57,698 nucleotides of DNA from a virus (lineage: Duplodnaviria > Caudoviricetes), in IMG/VR virus record IMGVR_UViG_3300032053_000088, positions 1-57,698 of that record. The stretch is one strand, 5' to 3'. This document shows positions 18,173 through 25,020 of this stretch, in pieces (positions within the stretch are counted from its first letter, which is position 1; every line of letters starts with the position of its first letter). The position numbers and the translations under genes are program-made. Under the pieces are notes generated by a model that saw only the letters and a list, made by a program, of their open reading frames with translations, was not told the DNA's origin and did no database searches.

Positions 18173-18215
18173 TTGGTTGTTTGGAAGAAAGCATACTACT
18201 TATTAATGTAATGGT

Positions 18216-19019
18216 ATGAATAAAGAAGAATTAATAAAAGATATTGAAAATAACTTAAGTAGTTATGATATAGCTAAAAAATATAATAAAAGTCAAGGTT
18301 CTATATCATATTGGATTAAAAAATATAAAATAAAAACCAAGTTCAATAAAATAGGACAAAAGAAGTTAAATTGTTTAGATCCTCAAAAAAATAAAATAAA
18401 TTTAGAATATGATTGGAATTGGAAGGAAATTCAAAAAGATCATAATGTCGGTATGTCTTGGGATGAATTAACAAAAAAGTATAAAATTTGTAGGGTTACT
18501 TTACAAAAAGCAAAAAATCAAAAACTTGTTCAGTTTCGTAATCATAAAGAATCTATGAATTTTATTCATGAAATTGGTAAAGTTGATTATTCTCCATACA
18601 GAACCGAATCGTTTAGAAGAAAAATGTCAAAATTTGGAGGATTTAAAGATAAAGCAAGTGGAAGAGTTAAAGGGTCATATTATATTAAAAAAGATGATTC
18701 GAAAGTATGGTTACAGGGATCGTGGGAAATAAAATTTGCTACATTTTTAGATAAAAAAAATATACAATGGGATCGAAACAAAATAGGATATAGATATATT
18801 TTTGAAGGGAAGGATCGAAAATATTTCCCAGATTTTTTCTTAAAAGAATTCAATCTTTATGTGGAAGTAAAAGGAAGAGAAAAAGAAATGGATTATGAAA
18901 AATGGAAACAGTTTCCACTTAAACTTTTGATAGTAAAAAGAAATGATATATCAAATTTAGAAAAGTGGTATAATAACTATTTACGGCCAAATGGTGTAAC
19001 TGGTAACACTCGCTCTTGA
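18216..19019 (+). CDS. PD-(D/E)XK free-standing endonuclease (TnsA-N-like) with N-terminal HTH
   Basis: GSWE...YFPDFFL...YVEVKG. Confidence 0.8.
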   Translation: MNKEELIKDIENNLSSYDIAKKYNKSQGSISYWIKKYKIKTKFNKIGQKKLNCLDPQKNKINLEYDWNWKEIQKDHNVGMSWDELTKKYKICRVTLQKAKNQKLVQFRNHKESMNFIHEIGKVDYSPYRTESFRRKMSKFGGFKDKASGRVKGSYYIKKDDSKVWLQGSWEIKFATFLDKKNIQWDRNKIGYRYIFEGKDRKYFPDFFLKEFNLYVEVKGREKEMDYEKWKQFPLKLLIVKRNDISNLEKWYNNYLRPNGVTGNTRS

Positions 19020-19059
19020 TGTGGGCGGTATATAGGTTCGATTCCTGTTTTGGCTACCA
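18985..19059 (+). tRNA. tRNA-Ile(GAT)
   Basis: cgctc-ttGATgt-gggcg; overlaps end of endonuclease ORF. Confidence 0.8.
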
Positions 19060-19063
19060 ATTT

Positions 19064-19162
19064 AGGCGAGAGGGGTTGGAAGTATGACCTGTAGCTACAT
19101 AACTGGGTAACTTCAAGTCGAGATAGACTTCAATGGAACGTACGTGAAATCCTGTTAACGCA
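19064..19162 (+). ncRNA. Putative structured RNA sharing ACGTGAAATCC with 20585-20680
   Basis: Shared 11-mer and similar 5' end. Confidence 0.4.
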
Positions 19163-19169
19163 TTTTAAT

Positions 19170-19243
19170 TCCCGCCTGATGTAATAGTAGCCTGAGTGAC
19201 TGTTAATCACTATGTCTTCGTGCGATTCGAAGGGTGGGAGCCA
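19170..19243 (+). tRNA. tRNA-Asn(GTT)
   Basis: U1-A72, G73, loop ctGTTaa. Confidence 0.85.
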
Positions 19244-19248
19244 ATTTT

Positions 19249-19334
19249 GAGTGTGTGACCGATAAAGCGTAGAGGTAGCGCGGCCTTTGATGAAGGCTCG
19301 GAATACGTAGGTTCAATTCCTATCATACTCACCA
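19249..19334 (+). tRNA. Atypical tRNA (GAT-like loop on extended anticodon arm)
   Basis: GAGTGTG/CATACTC, T-arm, CCA; about 4 extra nt before anticodon stem. Confidence 0.5.
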
Positions 19335-19335
19335 A

Positions 19336-19437
19336 TTTTCAACAGAATCCCGTATAATGGAAATGTTCAGATAATTAGTATATTCTGGAACATACGGATC
19401 GGAAGATTACTAAATACACCGTTAATTCTGTTGAAAA
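19336..19437 (+). ncRNA. Stem-closed structured RNA
   Basis: 13-bp ttttcaacagaat/attctgttgaaaa terminal stem; possible ttagta/tactaa loop pairing. Confidence 0.5.
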
Positions 19438-19444
19438 CTTTTTC

Positions 19445-19599
19445 GCTCGCCCTTCGGAAGTATCTGTTGACTCCCAGATCGTGCCAGAGGACCGCCCTCC
19501 GAATCTGTTGGTGGACGGCTGCTAATCACAGTGAAGTTATCATGTGGAGAAATGCCGATTTTGCACAGATAGGCAGATCGACACTGCCGGCGAGCATCA
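19445..19599 (+). ncRNA. tRNA-like chimeric RNA (acceptor and T-arm with about 120-nt insert)
   Basis: GCTCGCC/GGCGAGC; ggcag-atcgaca-ctgcc. Confidence 0.55.
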
Positions 19600-19604
19600 T
19601 TTTA

Positions 19605-19693
19605 GTAGAATAAGGACATCTAAGCATTGCAATGCCAAGCGGAAAGGAACCGCTTAATGATGGGATGAGGTGCAATTCCCCACCGTATTCTAC
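19605..19693 (+). ncRNA. tRNA-like structured RNA
   Basis: gtagaata/tattctac closure; T-loop-like ggtgcaattcc. Confidence 0.4.
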
Positions 19694-19708
19694 AATATAA
19701 GATATTAT

Positions 19709-19783
19709 GGTGTTCATGGTGTATGGGCAGCATTTAAGCCTGTGGAGCTTAAGGAGCGATTTCAATAATATCGGCGGAACGGG
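19709..19783 (+). pseudogene. Degenerate tRNA-His(GTG)
   Basis: Intact D and anticodon arms (taagc-ctGTGga-gctta); broken T-arm and acceptor. Confidence 0.55.
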
Positions 19784-19842
19784 TTTTGTTCCCGCTAGTC
19801 GTATGAGTCATGGAGTCATGTTTCGGTATTATATTTTTGTAT

Positions 19843-19920
19843 GGAGTAGGTAGCATAATTGGTTAATGCCCTTGATTGTGAGTCAAGCAGATGCGGATTC
19901 GAATTCCGTTCTACTCCCCA
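19843..19920 (+). tRNA. tRNA-His(GTG)
   Basis: G-1:C73, cttga-ttGTGag-tcaag, CCA. Confidence 0.88.
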
Positions 19921-20031
19921 ACTTTCAAATCCGAAGGAACAGATTGCGAATTCTGTTGAGTTATTCTCTCTCATAGTGTAAAGTAGCACCTTGAACATCG
20001 GAGATTCTGGAACAAAAGAGAAAATATTTTT

Positions 20032-20294
20032 TCATACACCAGTCAACGAGATTCCGTAACCGGAAAAGTTGAAGGTGAAAGAAGAGGTTGTAGATTTTAC
20101 TCTAAAGTAAATGGAATGATATACGACTCGGACATCAATGCTGCTATCAACATTGGAAAAATGTCCAAACATCCCGTATCACAGACCACAAATCTGACTT
20201 ATGGGCAGGCGTCAGTCAATACGCCACACGAATATAAGTCCCCGCTCCTCGGGGCCGTTCAAGCACCTATCCCTTTAGGGTAGGTGTTGTTGAC
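20032..20294 (+). mobile_element. tnpB: IS200/IS605-family tnpB 3' remnant with right end
   Basis: Frame SYTSQ...DSDINAAINI...GQASVNTP; right-end hairpin cacctatcc-cttta-gggtaggtg followed by TTGAC. Confidence 0.8.
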
Positions 20295-20296
20295 AT

Positions 20297-20497
20297 TCGA
20301 TGTATAGGGTATGACGGGCGGAGAAAATCCCGTAAGTTGTGGTCCGTATAGGGATACCCACATTTCTCTAGTTGTCAGGAAATCTTCGAACTTTTCTGAC
20401 ACACGATTTAGCTAAACTAATATAGTGAGTGGCCGGACACTTAAAATGAGGCACTTCACAGTGTATATAACCTGTAGAAAATAGCAGCTATATTCGA
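20297..20497 (+). ncRNA. Multibranch structured RNA (about 200 nt)
   Basis: tcga.gtatag/ctatat.tcga closure; at least 5 internal hairpins. Confidence 0.5.
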
Positions 20498-20505
20498 TTT
20501 TTCAT

Positions 20506-20581
20506 GGCCTGCTCATCTATCGGCTAGGATATCAGGTTTTCAACCTGGAGAGCGTGGGTTCGATTCCCCGGCAGGCTACCA
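20506..20581 (+). tRNA. tRNA-Glu(TTC)
   Basis: tcagg-ttTTCaa-cctgg, CCA. Confidence 0.82.
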
Positions 20582-20584
20582 ATT

Positions 20585-20680
20585 TAGACGAAAAGGATAG
20601 GCGACTCCTACCGGCCGTTCGAATCGGTAAGGTAAACGGGAAGAGTTGCAACGTCGCACGTGAAATCCCTGAGTAGTCTA
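20585..20680 (+). ncRNA. Structured RNA with loop-E-like GAA/AGUA internal loop
   Basis: tagac/gtcta, ggat/atcc and gcgac/gtcgc stems. Confidence 0.5.
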
Positions 20681-20711
20681 TTTTTGTATAATATTTTAAT
20701 ATTTATAGTAT

Positions 20712-21080
20712 ATGAGAATACTATTTTTATCATTATTTGTCGGTTTGTTTTTAATAACGACTGCGTGCAACAGTGGAAACAATGTTGAGTTGAATTACTC
20801 TAAAATGGAAAAACAATACGTTGAATTAACTGAATATTATGGAATAGCAGTTGATGAAGGATTCAAAAATGAAAAAGAAGCCAGCGAATTCGTAAGACAT
20901 TATTTACGAACACGAGATTCAATAAATTATTATAACCATCCTTTAAGAGATAGAAGATATGACGTTTCTGTATTGTGGAATATGAAATGGGAATTAAACG
21001 AAGCATGTAAACATACTAATTCGTTAATGAATAATTTAGATCCGGAATACGTCAAAAAACATCCTAAGTATTCTAAATAA
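20712..21080 (+). CDS. Putative lipoprotein
   Basis: Signal peptide with ITTAC lipobox. Confidence 0.75.
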   Translation: MRILFLSLFVGLFLITTACNSGNNVELNYSKMEKQYVELTEYYGIAVDEGFKNEKEASEFVRHYLRTRDSINYYNHPLRDRRYDVSVLWNMKWELNEACKHTNSLMNNLDPEYVKKHPKYSK

Positions 21081-21086
21081 GTTTTC

Positions 21087-21165
21087 GGGTCTGTGGTGTT
21101 TAATGGTATAACATGTCAGCCTTTTAAGCTGAACGATGTCGGTTCGACTCCGACCGGGCCCACCA
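21087..21165 (+). tRNA. tRNA-Lys(TTT)
   Basis: tcagc-ctTTTaa-gctga, CCA. Confidence 0.9.
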
Positions 21166-21168
21166 AAA

Positions 21169-21302
21169 ATTTGTAATACTAATAGTTAGTGCGATATCTT
21201 GACTTCCACCAAGCCGATCTACTGGCCATAGACGGAAGCAAAGTTGGGCAGCATGAATTAATTATTCAATAAGTCTGTAAAACCTTGGATAGTATTACAA
21301 AT
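21169..21302 (+). ncRNA. Stem-closed structured RNA
   Basis: 13-bp atttgtaatacta/tagtattacaaat terminal stem. Confidence 0.5.
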
Positions 21303-21314
21303 AATTAGAAAAAT

Positions 21315-21390
21315 GCTCTCTTAGCTTAATTGGAAGAGCGGTTGTCTTCGAAACAATCAGGTACAGGTTCGAATCCTGTAGGGAGTACCA
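21315..21390 (+). tRNA. tRNA-Arg(TCG)
   Basis: gttgt-ctTCGaa-acaat, CCA. Confidence 0.88.
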
Positions 21391-21394
21391 TTTT

Positions 21395-21468
21395 GGCTCT
21401 GAAGCTCAGTGGCGAGCAGTCGGCCGTTAACCGACTGGAATTGGGTTCGATTCCCATCGGAGCCTCCA
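21395..21468 (+). tRNA. tRNA with GTT anticodon, C33, G1-C72 and U73
   Basis: gtcgg-ccGTTaa-ccgac; GGCTCTG/CGGAGCC-T-CCA. Confidence 0.75.
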
Positions 21469-21479
21469 ATTTAAAAAAT

Positions 21480-21558
21480 GCACTCGTAGTCTAACTGGAT
21501 AGGCACCTGACTTCTAATCAGGATTTATGGTTGGGTTCGAATCCCCCCGAGTGTACCA
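21480..21558 (+). tRNA. tRNA-Arg(TCT)
   Basis: cctga-ctTCTaa-tcagg, CCA. Confidence 0.82.
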
Positions 21559-21664
21559 TTTTAAAGGTGTAAATTATTTGTTTCCATAAGTTTGTTGATA
21601 TTTATATATGCTTACAAAAAATGTAAGTAGTTTTGAAAACTCAACAAAAGAGGGATGAAATAAT

Positions 21665-22204
21665 ATGACTTATACTGTAAATCTGACATGGACTCCAAGT
21701 CCGGTCGAACAAAAAGTTACATCGTATAATGTTTTCATGGCGGCAGGTGGTGGAATGGAAACATTTATAGGATCTACAGCGGAACCACATTATTCTATAG
21801 TAGTTGATCAAGGATCGGTTTATCATTTTAAAGTTCAAGCAGTCAACTTAGCCGGTGGTGGTGTGATATCTAACGAAGTAGATACGCCATCTTTGCCAAC
21901 TAAAGCTGCAACTCCAGTAATGGTTATTACTGGAAATGACGTAACGTTGAATTGGGATGTTAATCCTACAGAACAACTGGTAACTTCATATAAAGTTCAT
22001 ATGAATGTTAATGGTGGAATGACCATGGAAGCTGTAGAAGTATTGGGAACAAGTCATACTTTAGTAGATTTGGTTCCTGGTGTATATAACTTCTTTGTTC
22101 AGGCCGTTAATTTGGCCGGCGCCGGTGCATTATCTGATGCCGCAGTTACCCCATCATTACCAAGTGCTCCACTGGATTTAGTATTAACAATCGCCGTTAG
22201 CTAA
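21665..22204 (+). CDS. Tandem fibronectin type III domain protein
   Basis: Two repeats V.L.W..P.EQ.VTSY.V...Y.F.VQAVNLAG. Confidence 0.8.
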   Translation: MTYTVNLTWTPSPVEQKVTSYNVFMAAGGGMETFIGSTAEPHYSIVVDQGSVYHFKVQAVNLAGGGVISNEVDTPSLPTKAATPVMVITGNDVTLNWDVNPTEQLVTSYKVHMNVNGGMTMEAVEVLGTSHTLVDLVPGVYNFFVQAVNLAGAGALSDAAVTPSLPSAPLDLVLTIAVS

Positions 22205-22308
22205 AAATAATTAAATGAAGTTAAAACGACCAACTGCTCCTACAAATGTTAGATTAACTATTACTATTAGTAAATAATACGAATTAGTTGGTAAAATAAC
22301 AACAATTA

Positions 22309-22340
22309 GAGGCGCATGAGGGTGCGCCTTTTCTTTTTTC
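22309..22340 (+). terminator. Intrinsic terminator
   Basis: aggcgca/tgcgcct stem plus T-tract. Confidence 0.6.
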
Positions 22341-22343
22341 TAT

Positions 22344-22419
22344 CGTCTCGTAGCTCATTCAGTTAGAGCAACGTCTTGATATATCAAGGTGGTTGGGGCA
22401 GAGTCAACCGGGACGACCA
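22344..22419 (+). pseudogene. tRNA with aberrant anticodon arm (possibly Ile-GAT derived)
   Basis: Intact acceptor, D and T arms and CCA; cttga-tata-tcaag replaces the normal arm. Confidence 0.55.
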
Positions 22420-22424
22420 ATTTC

Positions 22425-22500
22425 GGTCATGAGGACAAACAGCAGAGTCGTCTCCCTGTCACGGAGAAAATAGCGAGGGCAGCACTCGTCTTGACCGCCA
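22425..22500 (+). tRNA. tRNA-Asp(GTC)
   Basis: tctcc-ctGTCac-ggaga, G73; T-loop ggcagca. Confidence 0.78.
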
Positions 22501-22506
22501 TTTTAC

Positions 22507-22593
22507 TGGGGCGTGGTGTAACTGGTAACACAGCTCGCTTTGAACGAGAAGACGGAATCGCTTGTGTGGGTTCGAATCCTACTGCCCCAGCCA
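22507..22593 (+). tRNA. tRNA-Gln(TTG) with long variable arm
   Basis: U1-A72, G73, loop ctTTGaa, about 16-nt variable region. Confidence 0.78.
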
Positions 22594-22596
22594 ATT

Positions 22597-22671
22597 TGGG
22601 ACTGGTGTATGTCTTAAGCACGCTACCCGGTTTAGGTAGAAGACGGTGTATTAAATCCCGGTCCTGAGCCA
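22597..22671 (+). pseudogene. Degenerate tRNA
   Basis: D and anticodon arms (ctacc/ggtag), broken T-arm, CCA. Confidence 0.45.
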
Positions 22672-22673
22672 AT

Positions 22674-22765
22674 TTGAATCATACACACCGTTCTCAGAAA
22701 GATATACGGGGCTTACGAAAGTAAGAAATGCGAAACTCCACGTAACGGGAATCTATATGATTCAA
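22674..22765 (+). ncRNA. Stem-closed structured RNA
   Basis: ttgaatcata/tatgattcaa terminal stem; cttac-gaaa-gtaag hairpin. Confidence 0.5.
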
Positions 22766-22772
22766 TCTATTT

Positions 22773-22832
22773 AAGATGCCTTCCAGCAACCAAAAAAACT
22801 TGCCTTATACGCAAACCAAAAACCGGCATCTT
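22773..22832 (+). ncRNA. Skipping-rope-like RNA bearing an isolated anticodon-like hairpin (TAT)
   Basis: aagatgcc/ggcatctt stem, CAGCAA, A/C-rich linkers, ttgc-ctTATac-gcaa. Confidence 0.5.
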
Positions 22833-22866
22833 GTTTTTATACAAAATTTATGATATTTATAGTCAT

Positions 22867-23142
22867 ATGAATTTTACTATAACAATTGAAGATAGTTCCG
22901 ATAGAAAAAACAAATCGTTTCATCCAAGAGGACATTCTGATTGGGTCAATGTAAAGGATGAACTTAAAAAATTTATTAAAAAAGAGTTAAAGTTGACTAA
23001 TAAAGAACTTAATGATTTGAAAATTTTGTGTAGAGAATGTAATAATATTACTGGCACCGTCTTGATTAAAGGAATTATATTAAGTAATTCGAGTGATGCT
23101 CGTGATAAACTTCTTAAAAAAATTCACAATAAAAAGATTTAA
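22867..23142 (+). CDS. Hypothetical protein
   Basis: TATTTATA just upstream of ATG. Confidence 0.7.
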   Translation: MNFTITIEDSSDRKNKSFHPRGHSDWVNVKDELKKFIKKELKLTNKELNDLKILCRECNNITGTVLIKGIILSNSSDARDKLLKKIHNKKI

Positions 23143-23143
23143 T

Positions 23144-23223
23144 GGCTCTATGGTGTTTAACGGTAATAGCATAACTGCCTCTTAAGCAGCTAGGTTCGGG
23201 TTCGAATCCCGGTGGGGCCACCA
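23144..23223 (+). tRNA. tRNA-Lys(CTT)
   Basis: ctgc-ctCTTaa-gcag, CCA. Confidence 0.88.
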
Positions 23224-23238
23224 ATTTAAAATTATTTA

Positions 23239-23331
23239 TTATTACATACGGACAAGGCTTAAGGATCGTTGAAGACCAATGCAAATTTGGTATGTATAAA
23301 CGTAGGTGGGTAGCGAATGGTGATGTAATAA
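23239..23331 (+). ncRNA. Stem-closed structured RNA
   Basis: ttattacat/atgtaataa terminal stem. Confidence 0.4.
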
Positions 23332-23342
23332 GAGTTTAAAAT

Positions 23343-23430
23343 GGTGCGTTATCCCGTAGGGGTAGCGGTATGCGCTGTAAACGCATTGTCTTAAATGGCT
23401 CGGGTGGTTCAACTCCATCACGCACCACCA
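23343..23430 (+). tRNA. tRNA-Tyr(GTA)
   Basis: atgcg-ctGTAaa-cgcat, long variable arm, CCA. Confidence 0.88.
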
Positions 23431-23432
23431 AT

Positions 23433-23548
23433 TTTGATGGTTGTAGGAATCGTATGTAGAAGACGAGAATCCGGGAAAAACGGTGTTGTGCTAGATTGGC
23501 CAAGAGACACAACAAATAATAGGTGCAAATCCTATCACAATCATCAAA
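23433..23548 (+). ncRNA. tRNA-like RNA with 12-bp terminal stem and T-arm
   Basis: tttgatggttgt/acaatcatcaaa; atagg-tgcaaat-cctat. Confidence 0.5.
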
Positions 23549-23555
23549 TTTTTAT

Positions 23556-23630
23556 GGGGTAGTGGTCGAAAAATAAGGCAGCTCTCTGCAAAAGAGCATT
23601 ATGAATGTGTAAATCATTCCTATCCCTCCA
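23556..23630 (+). tRNA. tRNA-Cys(GCA)
   Basis: gctct-ctGCAaa-agagc, U73, CCA. Confidence 0.82.
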
Positions 23631-23649
23631 AATTTCAAAATAAAAATTT

Positions 23650-23736
23650 TGAATCGGTTAGGTTGGTGTTTTGTTCCGCCAACGTTGAGTTATCAGATTG
23701 AGTCATACGAACATTATGTGCTGATGCACCGATTCA
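23650..23736 (+). ncRNA. Stem-closed structured RNA
   Basis: tgaatcggt/accgattca terminal stem with two internal hairpins. Confidence 0.45.
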
Positions 23737-23741
23737 TTTTT

Positions 23742-23806
23742 TCGTCTAATAGTTTAAAATCTAAAATACCAGCTTTGGTGAAGGTGAAGTCTCACTTGAG
23801 CGACCA
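23742..23806 (+). pseudogene. Highly degenerate tRNA-like sequence
   Basis: D-arm-like, short middle hairpin, T-arm-like, CCA end. Confidence 0.3.
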
Positions 23807-23810
23807 ATTT

Positions 23811-23929
23811 TCCTTAAACTCGTAGAGATAAACTCTGCTAAAACACAATCGGTTGAAGGCGCCAAATGCTGATAATTGAAGGCTTTTCGTCGGACGCATT
23901 CGCGACCTAACGGGAACGAGGTTTAAGGA
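23811..23929 (+). ncRNA. Stem-closed structured RNA
   Basis: tccttaaac.tcgt/acga.gtttaagga terminal stem. Confidence 0.5.
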
Positions 23930-23930
23930 T

Positions 23931-24005
23931 AGGGATAAAAGAGACTAGGCCATCGCTTACCCTGTCACGGTAAGAAGGCGGGTGCGATCCCCGTTATCCC
24001 TGCCA
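23931..24005 (+). tRNA. tRNA-Asp(GTC), second copy
   Basis: ttacc-ctGTCac-ggtaa, G73, CCA; weak D-arm. Confidence 0.7.
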
Positions 24006-24010
24006 TTTTC

Positions 24011-24068
24011 CGCGCTCTACACGGTGTAACTCTGTGGTAAAGCCGAAGCGCGACTTAAAAATATCGGC
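24011..24068 (+). ncRNA. Pseudoknot RNA, copy 2
   Basis: Homologous to 18074-18133. Confidence 0.65.
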
Positions 24069-24075
24069 ACAATTT

Positions 24076-24221
24076 GGGACTAAAAGGCAAATCTTCTGTG
24101 AGTGAAAACTAGAACTGTTCGTTAACAAAAACGTAATTGACTTTTGTTGAACTGATGGTCGGAAAACGATCTTTAAGTAGGCCAACACGGATGGACGGTT
24201 CAAATCCGTCTAGTTCCACCA
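24076..24221 (+). ncRNA. Mini tmRNA-like RNA with alanine-type acceptor
   Basis: GGGACTA/TAGTTCC (G3.U70), A73, CCA, T-arm gacgg-ttcaaat-ccgtc, no D-stem, about 95-nt internal domain. Confidence 0.6.
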
Positions 24222-24268
24222 ATTTTATAAGAAGTTGACTTCCATATATTATGAAGTAAAATGTTCAC

Positions 24269-24880
24269 ATGAATTACGTTTGTCATAGTGGCGGCTGTCC
24301 CGGCTCAGATATGGAATGGGAAACTCAGTGTGAAAAATATGGGATAAAAACCATCGCTTACTCATTTCCTAACCATGTTCAAAAAGGAAAAAATCAAAGA
24401 ATTTTGACCAATTCTGAACTGGACGAAGGATACGATAACGTATTGATTGCTAGTAAAACACTAAAACGTAACATTTATAATCCTAATATTACCACCTATA
24501 CCATGAGCTTATTAAGTCGGAATTGGTTTCAAGTGAAAAATGCCGAAGCTATATTCGCCATAGCCAAGTCTATGACCGACAAGATAGTTGAAGGTGGAAC
24601 TGGTTGGGCAGTTAACTGCCCAACTTGGGCAGTTCAAATGGCTATTGACAATCGGAAGCCGGTTTTTGTTTTCGACCAAGAGAAGAATTGGTGGTTTCGG
24701 TATCAATACAACATCTGTCAGGAAGGATTTGTTGTTAATATGCAACAGAAAAACTATGATACACCAAACACCAACATTCCACATCCATTAACAGAAAATT
24801 TCGCTGGTATCGGAACCAGAGATATAAACGAAAATGGTAAACTTGCCATTCAGAAGATTTTAGAATACAATTTGAGATAG
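24269..24880 (+). CDS. SLOG/YpsA-like nucleotide-binding protein
   Basis: HSGGCPGSD, GGTGWAV, FAGIGTR motifs; leaderless promoter 24235-24262. Confidence 0.7.
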   Translation: MNYVCHSGGCPGSDMEWETQCEKYGIKTIAYSFPNHVQKGKNQRILTNSELDEGYDNVLIASKTLKRNIYNPNITTYTMSLLSRNWFQVKNAEAIFAIAKSMTDKIVEGGTGWAVNCPTWAVQMAIDNRKPVFVFDQEKNWWFRYQYNICQEGFVVNMQQKNYDTPNTNIPHPLTENFAGIGTRDINENGKLAIQKILEYNLR

Positions 24881-24887
24881 ACGTTGT

Positions 24888-24959
24888 GACAGGTGGTGTA
24901 AACGGAGAAGCACACCGCCCGAAAGAGCGAAGGTGGAGGTTCAATTCCTCACGGTCACA
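24888..24959 (+). pseudogene. Degenerate tRNA
   Basis: gtgac/gtcac, D-arm, T-loop gg-ttcaatt-cc; no valid anticodon loop. Confidence 0.4.
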
Positions 24960-25020
24960 TTAAACGGAACTTTAAGTTTTCTCAATCGCGCGCACGAGAA
25001 TTCTTTGTGAAATCCTCAAT

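Noticed and set aside
18140-19059. tRNA split by a group I intron encoding the endonuclease
   Set aside because: No matching 3' half and no intron core seen; the downstream tRNA-Ile is complete.
19249-19334. tRNA-Sec
   Set aside because: No TCA anticodon, 7-bp acceptor, no long variable arm.
20585-20680. Hammerhead ribozyme (GACGAAA...CTGAGTAGTC)
   Set aside because: Core is CTGAGTA rather than CTGANGA, and the two motifs flank one helix instead of a three-way junction.
22507-22593. tRNA-Ser(TGA), suggested by the long variable arm
   Set aside because: The 7-nt loop centres on TTG and the acceptor has Gln-type U1-A72.
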